64,000 nucleotides of DNA from Oculina patagonica. Its lineage: Eukaryota. Both the position numbers and the translations under genes were made by a program. The notes under the pieces were generated by a model, which was not told the origin of the DNA, searched no databases, and saw nothing but the letters and a program-made list of their open reading frames with translations. The stretch lies in assembly GCF_052425735.1 (NCBI RefSeq), contig NC_135763.1, positions 14,632,001 to 14,696,000 on the forward strand. Reading direction: 5' to 3'. Positions 36,301 through 46,537 of this stretch are shown in pieces (positions within the stretch are counted from its first letter, which is position 1; each line of letters starts with the position of its first letter).

Positions 36301-36805
36301 AGTCTAAGAATAGCTAAGTCGTCGCAGGCCTTGGTTCACGTTCCCCACTCCTGGGTTTGAGCTCCTTTCCTATAGACTAGTGTGGAAGTGGCAGCTAATG
36401 GTCACATGGTAGAAAATAACACTTTGCTGGAGGGCAACCAAATTTCTGGGACATCCAAAACAAAGCGACTTCAACCAGTCATGCTTGAACTTTGTTTTGA
36501 ATGTCCTAGAGAAGAGCCTGCCCTCAGGCATGTCGGATTTTGAACCATGTTATCTAAGCTACATAGGGCCCATTTTAACCTTCTGTATGCTAACCACCGC
36601 TTGTTGTTTTGCCACAGATCTTGTCCTGCACGAGCTGGTGTCTCTTTTAATGCAAGAGCTGTGGTTAGAAAGACCCATTCCTCACCAGTTCCTCTCACAC
36701 GTGCTCAGTCAGTGTCACAGTGGGTACCCTGTGGTGGAGGAACTGATGCAGTCGCTTGGTGGGACAAAGATCATTACAAAGTGGATACAGAAAGATAGAG
36801 GCTGA
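389..36805 (+). CDS. URB1: Nucleolar pre-ribosomal-associated protein 1 (URB1/NPA1), multi-exon, 5' end upstream of the window
   Basis: Phase-consistent spliced exons read by eye: 389-676, 1010-1106, 2915-2997, 3328-3566, 4934-5129, 6073-6210, 11199-11451, 11831-12042, 12902-13003, 13485-13753, 14322-~14422, 15032-~15249, 15927-16005, 21698-21862, 22376-23122, 23468-24124, 24668-24774, 25402-25450, 25993-26050, 26146-26282, 26692-26756, 26910-26983, 27745-27935, 29453-29563, 30230-30293, 30721-30883, 31320-31413, 32175-32335, 32742-32853, 32975-33081, 33677-33820, 34285-34393, 34592-34762, 35079-35941, and a last exon ending at 36805 (junction unresolved). Recognised motifs: Npa1 N-terminal region (ALKLLTAMVTQG..AAREVQRSFDF; QDVRTCFIYFCLSFL) and NopRA1 C-terminal region (YDPCFLLPLFS, CRKFLEQGCLSFAVASLSSRD, FLLQRPALDLRDLPLFFTMFNSS, ERSWMLQLLVDGMKD). 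Confidence 0.9.
1125..2247. mobile_element. Non-autonomous Tc1/mariner-like element
   Basis: TIR CAGTGCGGCTACTGTTA.., imperfect to about 135 bp; TA on both sides. Confidence 0.8.
3596..4713. mobile_element. CCCGGG-poly(G)-terminated MITE-like element interrupted by a piggyBac-like insertion
   Basis: Ends CCCGG(G)n GTACTCC..ATACGGGGAGGCTCCGCCC / GGGCGGAGCCTCCCCGTAT..(C)nGG; near-match 8-bp flanks GTACATGT / GTACATGA. Confidence 0.75.
3750..4434. mobile_element. Non-autonomous piggyBac-like element
   Basis: TTAA|CTCTTTCGCTGC ... GCAGCGAAAGAG|TTAA, with a subterminal inverted pair TGTCGAGAAAACTCGACAT / ATGTCGAGTTTTCTCGACA. Confidence 0.8.
6290..10890. repeat. Intronic satellite of ~11-bp units (CCAAAGCATGG / CCAAAGCCTGA / CCAAAGCGTGG variants)
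   Basis: Hundreds of direct tandem units with a CCAAAG core, degenerating at both ends; lies in URB1 intron 6211-11198. Confidence 0.97.
6639..6964. mobile_element. CCCGGG-poly(G) MITE inserted in the satellite
   Basis: Perfect 8-bp TSD GGCTAAAG (6631-6638, 6965-6972); TIR includes GACTCCCATAT..GACGGGGATGCTCGTCG. Confidence 0.85.
12056..12321. mobile_element. MITE with 9-bp TSD (AcademH-like)
   Basis: TIR TAGCCTGCAG.GCAGGCGT; TSD GTTTTACCC at 12047-12055 and 12322-12330. Confidence 0.85.
17915..18176. mobile_element. Tc1/mariner-type MITE nested in the foldback element
   Basis: TA|CCGTATTTTCTC.ATTAAACGCC ... GGCGTTTAATCGAGAAAATACGG|TA. Confidence 0.85.
19536..19708. repeat. ~170-bp palindrome carrying a hammerhead-like core; possible Penelope-like element remnant
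   Basis: Arms of about 80 bp are inverted copies; the minus strand of the left arm reads CCCTGAAGAAGGCAGTATTGCCGAAACGTCGG. Confidence 0.6.
25003..25372 (+). repeat. tRNA-derived tandem repeat (~260-bp period, ~1.4 units)
   Basis: A-box TAGCTCAGTTGG and B-box GGGTTCGATTCCC; the segment AGAGCGCCCAACCGG recurs at 25005 and 25265. Confidence 0.8.
27197..27656. mobile_element. Tc1/mariner-type MITE
   Basis: TA|CAGTTCTTACCCGCTTATAAGAACC ... GGTTCTTATAAGCGGGTAAGTACTG|TA. Confidence 0.85.
27958..28200. mobile_element. Kolobok-like MITE
   Basis: 19-bp TIR AGGGACATGGTCAGCGTTC; TTAA on the left, degenerate on the right. Confidence 0.7.
28562..29256. mobile_element. Academ-like non-autonomous element
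   Basis: TIR TAGTCCGGCGGCTTAGCTC; 3-bp TSD TGG. Confidence 0.8.
31681..32152 (+). repeat. tRNA-derived tandem repeat (~269-bp period, ~1.75 units), same family as 25003-25372
   Basis: Same A/B boxes and body sequence, in two head-to-tail copies. Confidence 0.8.
33368..33651. mobile_element. High-copy dispersed MITE-like family (TAGAGCAGTTTTCAATTGAGTGTCG...); other copies at about 25630-25870, 29708-29970, 58460-58705 and 62140-62440
   Basis: The same ~280-bp imperfect palindrome recurs several times in the window in both orientations. Confidence 0.75.
33956..34002 (-). ncRNA. Minimal type I hammerhead ribozyme
   Basis: Minus strand reads GGTCT-CTGATGA-GTCTC(TTGGCG)GAGAC-GAA-ACA(TGCG)TGT-C^AGACC. 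This gives stem I GGUCU/AGACC, an intact CUGAUGA and GAAA core, a 5-bp stem II, a 3-bp stem III and a GUC cleavage triplet. Confidence 0.85.
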
Positions 36806-36976
36806 TAGCTAGTGCTTTTTATAGCGTAACATCACGTGTGCTAGACAAGAACGAAAGTGTCAGTGAAGATGCCCCGTACTCCAACCATGGAGACTAACTG
36901 AAGTAATCACGTGCAAGGATTTTGAAAAAAAAACTATCACTTTGCCGGTCGAAGAACTTTAACTCGAACAAGTTTA

Positions 36977-37204
36977 GGGACGGACCATTTTTTTTTTGGA
37001 GAGAGGGGGATAAACTTTTTTAAAGACAAACAATTTTTTTTTTCAGTGTCGTTGTCTGTGCAAATAATTGTTTCCGGCTGCATCTTCCTGCAGACAATGT
37101 TTTTTTATGTCTGCAATCAATTTTTGGGCTTGTTTGCTTTTGCAAACAATTTATTTTTAGGATTTTTTATTTCCCCCACCCTCCAAAAAATAATGGTCGG
37201 TCCC
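36977..37204. mobile_element. PIF/Harbinger-type MITE between the URB1 and CTU1 stop codons
   Basis: TTA|GGGACGGACCATT ... AATGGTCGGTCCC|TTA. Confidence 0.75.
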
Positions 37205-37344
37205 TTACATGCTATTTATACTTGCGCACGACGCTTGCTTCCCATACAACTCCCACAATTTCAAGCCTTGATAACTGAAAATAGAACCACATCGTCGCCT
37301 TTGAATTTCAGATCTATTTATTGTTTTATATACAATGTATTGTA

Positions 37345-40300
37345 TCAAAAGTCTAGAGACTTCGCAGCGCTGCTGTTGTCTCCACTAGCGGACGGACTGG
37401 AAACACTATCAGCATTGCTCAGGACTTCTATCTGGAAGAAGAAAATACAAGTAAATATAAATTCTGATTGGTATATTTATTCTTTTGCCTCCAAAGATCG
37501 AAGAGAAATGTATGTTGAATCAATGAAAATTATCCTTAAGTGGGGTTGATATATAGAGGATATTACATGGTTGCGCGGAGATATGAAATTTATCTTCGAG
37601 TGTTCAAATCGATATCTCAGAGTGAGCACAGCAAACGAGTGGGATATCGATTTGAACACGAGAAGATAAATTTCATATCTCCAAGCAACCATGTAATATT
37701 CTGTTTATTATATAAACCTACTACTTACGATGTTTTTGACGATTTTCCGAAGATTACCGACCATTTTCCGAAGATTTGCAAAATGTTGTCCGAAGGTCGT
37801 ACGAATGTTTCCGAACATTTTCCGAACTTTTCCGAACTTTTCCGAAGATTGCCAAAGATGTTCGAGGAAGATCCGAAAATGTTTCGACTTAATATCGATT
37901 TACTTTGGCTCATTCAGCATTGAAACAGGGCAAACTGGTCATAAAATGTTTGGAAATCGATATCTTCACATGTGAAAATAACATTTTATTTTCACGTGTG
38001 AAGATATGATTTTTTCGTGCGAAAGATTTCCTGGTATTTCACTGATGTTTATATAATAAAGAATACTACAAAGAGATGGAACTTACCTGGGCTTTGGTTG
38101 TTTTGCCGATACCCAACCTAAGGATCAGAAATGCCATTAGAAATAGCTGAGTAAACAGACAACATTTCGCGGCGCTGCGAAACGACGTCCATTTAATTAC
38201 TCGGGATAGTCGCCTACAACAGTCTCTCAAGACTACCCACACTACTAGTCAAACTACTGATGGCTCTGTTGTGGTTTAAATTTATCTGTGGTTAAAATTT
38301 TTCAAACCAGTTTTATTTTAATTTCCTTTTGTTTCACATTATGATAATGAATATGAAACAATGTTAGTTTGAAAATTATTAAACCAAAGGTAAATTTTAA
38401 CCACAACAGCTCCAACCATTAAGAATGCGTGATTGCATATGGTTGTAAGAAAATTAAAGTCTTTTCGAAGGCTTTTTCGTATAGCTACTCCCCAAAGATA
38501 GGAAGCTAGTCCAGGTTACCCCCAAAATTCTGTCAAGTTGCCCTCACAGTTCAGCGGCACTCACACTTGGAAAGAGGCACTGTGAGAGTAGTGTCTCTCC
38601 CAAGAGACCGCTTTCAGGGCTCTAATCTGAGTCCAACGCGCTAAAAATTGGGCCACCGCGCCTCGTACAGTTGGAAAACGCAATAGTCTTTTTAAAGTAA
38701 TAGTCTTTACCTGGGTAGTCCCTTGTTAAGCCCTTCCAGCAGTACACACGCCTTACACAATGGTTGACTGGAAATATATCCACATCTCTTACAAATACCT
38801 GCAATAAGAAAACGAATTATCATCGATCGCCCAAGTAACTTCATGGAAAGCAAAGATCACTTTCCGTTAACGTCCACAAATCATGAACAGAACTGTTTTG
38901 CCTCGCGTCACCGCTGTGATCTTCGACAACTCGTTCAGGACAAACGCTACTTGATTTACATGTAGGTATTGATATTCCAACACATTCTCTTACTTATAAC
39001 GATAAGAAATGCATTGACTCCAATTGGAGAATTTCTATTCTGATATTAGGGGGTTAATATGGTAGTGTAAGTACAAGCTAGAGCTAGTCTGGACAAAAAT
39101 GTCGAGACGGCCAAATTTTGACTGATTTGGGTACCGTACAGTAGCTATAAATAATACCTTGTACAGGCATCTTGACATCCTTTTTCACAGACAAGCTTTC
39201 TCCGGAGTGGATTATATCTGTAAGATGCAGAAAGTGATACAACTTAAGTTCTTCGTTAGCCCAGGAGTTATTTGGAGACCTAGGGGTTGGTAACTTACGG
39301 GCAGATACCAATTTGAAGTTCTTGAATTAGGCTATCAGTACGTAAATAAGGTCCAACTTGAAGTTCGTCAACCTCGTTACTAGGGTCTCTCCCTGGGAAC
39401 GAGGTTGGAAGTTCGTCCTTTAGGTTCCAAGGTTAGGTTCGTTAATCAGGTACTCATTCGAGTAACAACAACAAAACAACCATTTTATTTTGCCAAAATA
39501 AAAAGAAATAATTACAGCATAAAATAAATTAAAATAGGCAAAAAATACTACCCAGAATCAAAATAAACTAAACGAGCTGAGTTGCGATATTTAGGTTCGC
39601 ATTTGTAGTTAGTGACTAAAGCTTATTAAATGAGGAACTCATTCTAGAACCGTAAAATTAGTTGCTCAATCTGAAGTTCATCGTCTTGGGGACACATGTA
39701 GTTAAAAAGCGAGGAAAGAGATCGAGAAGATGAGACCCGGGGGGGGCACCCTGTATATTTTTGGGTGGGGGTGTGCCGCTGGGAATTTGAAGCCCTTGCC
39801 CTATACCAGACCATGTTCAGCTGATTTTTGCAACCCTATACCAGACTAGACACCGTAAATCCCTACCCTATCCCAGACTTGCAGTTTTTTAGAACTGCAT
39901 CACTATCAGTGTTTCAATGGAAAACCATCTGTCAACAACGATGTTGCGATGATTTTATTTACGTTTAGGAAAGCCTCTTTCTCTTCTGAGTTTCTATTCC
40001 TATTCTGGACTAAATTCGTCATAACACAGATCAGTTTTCCGGCAAATGCTACCCTTTTCTAGACCAAAACTTTCTGATTTCTTAACCCTATCCCAGACTA
40101 AACTGCTTGAAAACCCTACCCTTCACAGCGGCACATACCTATATAGCTCATATATGGGAGTGCCCCCCCCCCCCCGGGAGATGAGACTTATACAATCGAA
40201 AAGCACAGTTACCTTCGTTTCTCAAATTAATACTTACCCAAGATTGAGCTCGGACGTATTTTTTCTAAATCCTTGAGAAAGGTTCTGGCATGACCCCTGT

Positions 40301-43300
40301 TGGGAAAGGACGGTGTTAACTATATGTCAACATAACATGGAACTAATTGATGATTTTCGTTATTCTCTTTATTTTGTTTGACTATTTACTATACTATTAC
40401 TATTCGGAAACGATAGATTGCCCTTGAGGCGCAAAAGTAAAAGACAGCACATGCTCACCTGTAGGCATTTGGAGAATAAATACACTCTGTTGAAAAGTAG
40501 TCCAATTTTTTGAAGTAAGCATACCTGTGCATCACGAAAATGAAAAAAAAAATATTTTTAGGTGGCGATTTAACATGAAAGAAAAAAATAAAACGTGAAC
40601 AAAGCCATATTCACAACTTCCACGAAAAAACTCTCCTCATTTTCTTGTTCCTGGTTGTTCGTAAAAATCACAAAAAAACACTACCAATAAGCCAAAAGCT
40701 TTTCTTTTATCAACCTTCCCGTTACAGCAGTGACGAAAAACCCACAAATTTTTGGCAATTGCGGCAACACAAATCCGGCACCTCTGTTACGGTAGTGGCT
40801 TTTTCTAAAGAGATTGTTAAATAATAAAATAAATAACTGGGCACTCGTTCTGGCAACAACAAGAGGCCGTAATAACGAGGTGTTGTTATTATTAACGCAT
40901 GTATATGTTCCGAGTCTGAAATTAACCCTGGTCGTGATACTTACATTACAATTTCTTTTTCATAAGTGTACTTGAATGGTTTACAACGTGGGATTGCACC
41001 GTCGGTTCCCTAAGACAAACGGAAAATCATTCTTATAAATAACGAAAAAAAAAAAAACTTTCTCACTCTTTCATACGGACAGGCATTATCATATACACAG
41101 GTAGAAAGTTTGTCATACCGTCACAATAGCTGTACAGCGCCTGAGTCTTGCTATGTCCCCTCGTAAAACTGAAGCGCAAAACAAATTTTATACGTACGTC
41201 AAGTATTCATACCTAGCCTTTTAATTAAACGAAAAGAAAATTCTAAGAAATCCATATTCATGCATGGTTAGAAATGGTAGTGGGACCATTTTGATATTGC
41301 TAAAAATATTATATTTTGCGAATTGATAACTGGAGGCCAAATTTTGACAGCCATGATGCCTCCGTTTATGTTGCTCAACCTATACAGTACAGTGAAACTT
41401 TGCAGATAATTTTTTTATTATAAGTAGTTTTAAACCGCTGCTCTCATTTTGGTTTAGTATAGAGAACAGTAGATTTCTAACAGATTGTTGTTGAAGGAGT
41501 GGTGACTGCCGTGACACAGTTGTATTCTTACTTGTTTATCAACCTTCTTTGTGTCTCCGATAAATAATACTTTAAGGGCCCACTGACGGATTTCTCGCGC
41601 GTTGCTAAGGTGCTAAAAGAGCGCGCGCTGTATTGCGTGTACGCTATCTGTACGCGCCAGATGTGCGAAAAAATTTCCTTTCGAACACTTCTTCAAACTC
41701 ACCAAATAAGATGAAACAATAAGAACTACCGAAAACTTCCTGACTAACAGTTGACTTCACATCTGAGAATCAGTCAGATTAAATTGAACCAGGAAAAGCA
41801 GTTTTTTTACACATGCAAATAATCTCAAAAGCGTACGCGTACAACTAGCGCGCGCACTGTTCTCTTGTCAGATGAATTACGCATGCGTAAACAAAATGAT
41901 TTCCGGTTTGCAGAAAAAATCTAAATACTTGGCGGTCTTTAATTTGATTCACTTTTTTTCGACGTTATATTTTTCAGACCTGGGTCGGGAACATAACTAA
42001 GTATTCCTTTGCTTAAATCATTTTTAATAAAAATTTTATGGACAAATCAATATTTTAAATCTCTCTAAAAAAATTATTTTCCATAATGAAATGAAACCCA
42101 TACTTACCAAGATACAAAAACAAATAAAGATCATGACACCATGAATGATTTTCTGATAACATGCAAAACATCAAAAATTTTAGACTTTTTCTTTATTAGT
42201 CACGTGATCATGGGCGTGGCCCGATGACGTCATATTTACGCAATGAGCTGAGTAAAAGATTCAACCATAACTAAACAAGAAAAATTGCTAAAACAATATA
42301 ACCGTGAATGTCCCTAGCAACGGGTCCAAATATATACGTCAGTGGGCCCTTAACATTCCAAATGCAAGTTACTTAAGTGTTAATAAAAGGACTTACCATT
42401 CATAATTACTGTTTCTGCTATGTCATCTGCATTGTGACCTGCAATTGTTAATTTAATTTAAAACAACAAGATTATCCCAAACATATAGTTTATTTTGTAT
42501 TGTACTTTGTTGTTACAGTATGTTCAGCAACTTTGGGTGTTTGCTTAATGACTAAAGAACTTGTATTGTTTTTCATATTAGAATGTTTTTGATGATCAAT
42601 ACCGTAGAATTCCGGTTATAAGCCCCCCCACTTATAAGCCCCCCCGGTTATAGGCCCATCTACCTGGAAACAAAAAAATACATCCGATTATAAGCCCCCC
42701 CGGATATAAGCCCCCTCTGCCGGATGACAGTACTGAACAAGGCTAAATTTTGCTTTATTATGCGTTTTCAACTTAAAAACGTATTTCGATCAACACTCCC
42801 GAGACTCGTTTCGAAACGTTTTTTTCATTCCGCTTATAAGCCCTCCCGGATATAAGCCCCTCCACTTATAAGCCCACCCAAAATCTCTTACGAAGTTGTA
42901 TAAGCCCAGGGCTTATAACCGGAATTCTACGGTATGTTACTTTAAAGCATACTTCGTTTTTATAACATCGTGACAAGTTGTTGTCATTACAGTGCGACGC
43001 GTCTTACCGTGGACACCCAACAAACTCGTTTACAAGTGTGCTTTCTAATAACATCCAAGAAACAACCTGTACAAACCTGTTACTATTTTATCAACCTTTA
43101 AAGCCATAGCTCCCCTGTCCAGAGCTTGCCGTCTAAATACTCCACAAAATGTACCTATAAACCACAACACAGAATTTAATAGCCTATTCTGTCAGTCTTG
43201 TAATGCGTAAGAAACTTTACTAATTGTTTCTTAACTCTACGCATGCATCAACTGGAGACGTTAATCTTGTTCTTGACTTAACAATCAGTTTAGTTTTGTT

Positions 43301-46300
43301 GTTGAATTTAACAATAACGTTCTCATCCTCACTTACAATTATTTTTCAGTCCTATCTGCTTGACAATAGCATCCATGGTCCAGCCATAGAGTTCCTAAAA
43401 TTACCAGTAGTAAGAAGATAATCAATGTGTGACATTTTTTTGACAACTTCAAAATAATAAATGGGTTTCATTTATGGATTCTGTTTGATAACATGTAAAT
43501 GGTTTTTGATTACTGTATCAGTGAATCGAGTTAGTGCCTGGGACACTTTTTAATTTGGGAACCCAAGGGAGGTGGGGGGTGGGTGTAATTGAATCGTGGA
43601 AGTGGCTATGCACTGTTGCCTCAGTAAGGGTTTTTGTTTGGCTATGGCGCTGTACACCAATTAAAAGGAAAATGAACCACAGACGATTTCAATGTACCAT
43701 GATGGATCTGTAATAGAAACAGAATAGGGATACGTATTGGAATAGGGGTGATTACCTACATTAGTATAGGGGTGCTTATTGGAATAGGGGTGCTTATATA
43801 GGGGTTAACATGTATAAGGGTAGTTATTGGTATGGAACCTTGAATGGCAAAAACACATTGAAAGGGGATGCATATTAAAAGAAGGGGGGCTAAATTGAAT
43901 CATTGTCGTAATAGGTTAATTAAATGAACAATCAAAAAGTCAACAGTGAGGAAGTGGGGATTAAATGGAAGGTGTTAGATTTCTTGCCAGTGACATGTTG
44001 CTTTAATTTAATGTCAGTTTCGGTGATACACTGTTTCGGTTTTGATTGGCATCAAATTAAATGGAACCCATCAGAAACACAAGTCGCTGTCATGGTCTGG
44101 AAAACTGATGTTAAAATGTACCAGTTACCAGGACTAAACTATTCTTACCTCATAGGAAACAATCTTCAATGGCAGCTCATACTGCATTTCATTTCTCTTC
44201 ACAGTCTGTCATTAAACACATGTTGATTCAGTTCATTGCCTTTTGATATGTTACGTACTACACGTAACATAGGTAATTAATATATTCAATACCGTATCCA
44301 AATAAGGATTTCTGATTTGCATTATTTCATTCACATACATGACTTTGTATATCACATATCAGGACATGATCCTTTTTCTCATACAGAAGCAATATTGACC
44401 TTGCTCCAAATCCTGTTGAGACCCTAAATCATGCTAAACAGCTTTCAGGTAAGTTTATTGGCCCACAAGCACCAGTGGGTTGCAAGCCAATCGCAGGTTA
44501 GCACCCCAGAAAAAACAGTACCCAATTATACTCTTGGGTAATCAATATCTCTCAAATTGTGTATCATACATGGACATCCCATTTGCATTTATTAATTAAG
44601 GCAAAAACACCACTTGCCTTGGGGCTCAAAGGGTTCATCAATAGTCATAATAAAATTAATTTGGATTGTTTTTCCATGTACCTCTAGAGAATCATCCCTG
44701 TAACCAGTTATTCCCTCATCCACAGATAATAAAATCAACTTTAATCCATAGTCGTATTCTTCATTAAGCTTTTTCAGTACATAAGCCAACACAGTAGAAT
44801 CTGAAGAATAAACAACAGTGTCAGAAACACCGATATAGTGACAAAAGAGCACATGTTAATGCAGTCATCTACATTTAAATAAAAGTTTCTACAGATACAA
44901 TAATGGTAAGTTAGCTAGCATTTCCTCCTCTTGGAATAGTCAGCAATTCCAAGCCTGAACGACATTTCAGTTTCAAGCTGGCAAGAGTAGCGGTTGAGTA
45001 GCAGTTCTTAGTGCCCCCCATTTGGGAGGTATACACTTACATGGATATACAGTGTACATCCCTTATTGGAGATGTCCACTAAGAGAGGGGGACCCCTTAT
45101 AAGAAATGTCCCAACCTCAGTAGTAGACTGACTGTTGAAAGGATTTACCTTTTCCACCAGATGCACCAATAGCAACAACTTGTCCTTTTGCAAAGAGTTT
45201 GTTGGAGATTATTGTGTGGTGGACTTCTGTCTCAAATGTGATGTAAAAACAATCCTTGCAAAGAGCATCACCCTGATTTTGAAAAAAAGTACAAGAAATT
45301 AAAAACTACTACATACAACTAAAACATGTTAAAAAACAGTACTGTCAATATATTGATCTTAAAATTTTGGGGTATCTAATCGAATGTCGTCAATTGTACC
45401 CAATAGAACACTGATCATCCAATTGGGTTCAGTAATCGAACATGATCAATCTCACAATACAATTTGGTGAATCAAACACAATTGAAGGTTCAATTATCCA
45501 ACAGTCAACAATCATACCACACTCCTGTTTGTTTGATTTTGTTGTCTGTTTTTTGGACAGTCTTCTGCTTATTGCATTTAATACAAAAATTTACAAAATA
45601 AAGATTGATTGTGATTTCTCCTGAGTGATTTACAGTCAACTCTCTCTATAACGGACACCTTCGGGACCCGCTCCAACTGTTCCTCTTGGAGAGGTGTCCA
45701 TTATATAGGAAGTTCAGTTACAGTAAAATGACTAAAAACAACAGGGAAAGGACCAACACCAGGTGTCTGTCTTATTGAAGTGTCTGTTAAGAGAGAGTTG
45801 ACTGTACTTATTTTCATGTGCCAAGAAAAGTATTACAAACTAAATCAAATCAGATTAATTTGATTGTGTTTAATGTTGTTTCATTGGTTTGTTTCGTTTG
45901 ATAATCAAACTCACTGCAAATTGGAGTTTGATTTTTGTTTGATTATTGAACCCAATCATTATTGATTAGATACCACAGGTAAAATTATTTGAACTTATAA
46001 TATTCTCTTGGGAATGCGCTCCCAAGAGAATATAATAAAGACAGATACAGCTATGTCACTGACAAGATCGAAGAATACAGTTCACCAGGGCAAAACTAAA
46101 TTACAGTTCTACAAGTATGGAATAACACTGGCAAAATATTAAGACTTACTTACTAGTTTATGATATAAAAGTTGAGTCCAGACCATGATGCAATGATAGG
46201 TCATGATATGCAAGGTCAATTCAGCCTCTTTTGAATTTATCCGAAACTAACTGGAGAGTGTAGCAATAAAGGCAACTTACCGTTTTTGGTCGCTTTAAAA

Positions 46301-46337
46301 TCGCCTTATTTCCACAGATCTTACAACAAAGAGGCAT
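37345..46337 (-). CDS. CTU1: Cytoplasmic tRNA 2-thiolation protein 1 (CTU1/NCS6/ATPBD3), 15 coding exons
   Basis: Minus-strand exons 46337-46281, 45272-45149, 44800-44682, 44205-44149, 43394-43337, 43154-43077, 42438-42397, 41168-41119, 41009-40945, 40524-40459, 40296-40238, 39217-39158, 38798-38711, 38117-38087, 37431-37345, all GT-AG. The translation has the N-terminal CxxC zinc motifs, PP-loop [87 protein letters not shown]-terminal [16 protein letters not shown] and a terminal LDF. Confidence 0.96.
37548..38060. repeat. Dispersed repeat with an internal palindrome and TTCCGAA-type short repeats (unclassified)
   Basis: ATTACATGGTTGC..GAGATATGAAATTTATCTTCG.GTGTTCAAATCGATATC mirrors GATATCGATTTGAACACGAGAAGATAAATTTCATATCTCC..GCAACCATGTAAT. 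Confidence 0.6.
39369..39407. mobile_element. 39-bp miniature element with 9-bp TSD
   Basis: GAAGTTCGT|CAACCTCGTT...AACGAGGTTG|GAAGTTCGT. Confidence 0.8.
39736..40178. mobile_element. CCCGGG-poly(G) MITE
   Basis: Perfect 8-bp TSD AGATGAGA; termini CCCGGGGGGGGCAC / GTGCCCC..CCCGGG. Confidence 0.85.
41576..42349. mobile_element. Kolobok-like non-autonomous element
   Basis: TTAA|GGGCCCACTGACG ... CGTCAGTGGGCCC|TTAA. Confidence 0.85.
42602..42932. mobile_element. Tc1/mariner-type MITE with TATAAGCCC subterminal repeats
   Basis: TA|CCGTAGAATTCCGGTTATAAGCCC ... GGGCTTATAACCGGAATTCTACGG|TA. Confidence 0.88.
45633..45804. mobile_element. pogo/Tigger-like MITE
   Basis: TA|CAGTCAACTCTCTCT ... AGAGAGAGTTGACTG|TA. 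Confidence 0.8.
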
Positions 46338-46537
46338 CCTGTCTTTGAAAAAAAATAAATTAGTCTACCGGTTGGAGAAACCACGAGAATCAACCATCCG
46401 CCATGTTGGTTTGTTTTCAATCCCAGTCTCCTTTCGGTCACGTCACAAAATACGAAGCCTGGTTGATTTTGCTTCGTCGACAGTTTTCAATTTGCTTGTG
46501 GCTGTAAAACAAGTTTTTGATGTCTTTCAGCGTAAAA
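46338..46537. promoter_or_regulatory. Bidirectional promoter region shared by CTU1 and ERCC8
   Basis: Divergent ATGs only about 200 bp apart; contains YY1-like CCGCCATGTT (46398-46407) and a CRE/E-box-like GGTCACGTCA (46436-46445). Confidence 0.7.

Noticed and set aside
37046-37975. ORFs of 80-167 aa between URB1 and CTU1
   Set aside because: They run through a MITE, the antisense strand of the last CTU1 exon and a dispersed repeat.
46339-46368. 5' UTR intron in CTU1
   Set aside because: GT and AG ends exist on the minus strand, but the intron would be only 30 nt.
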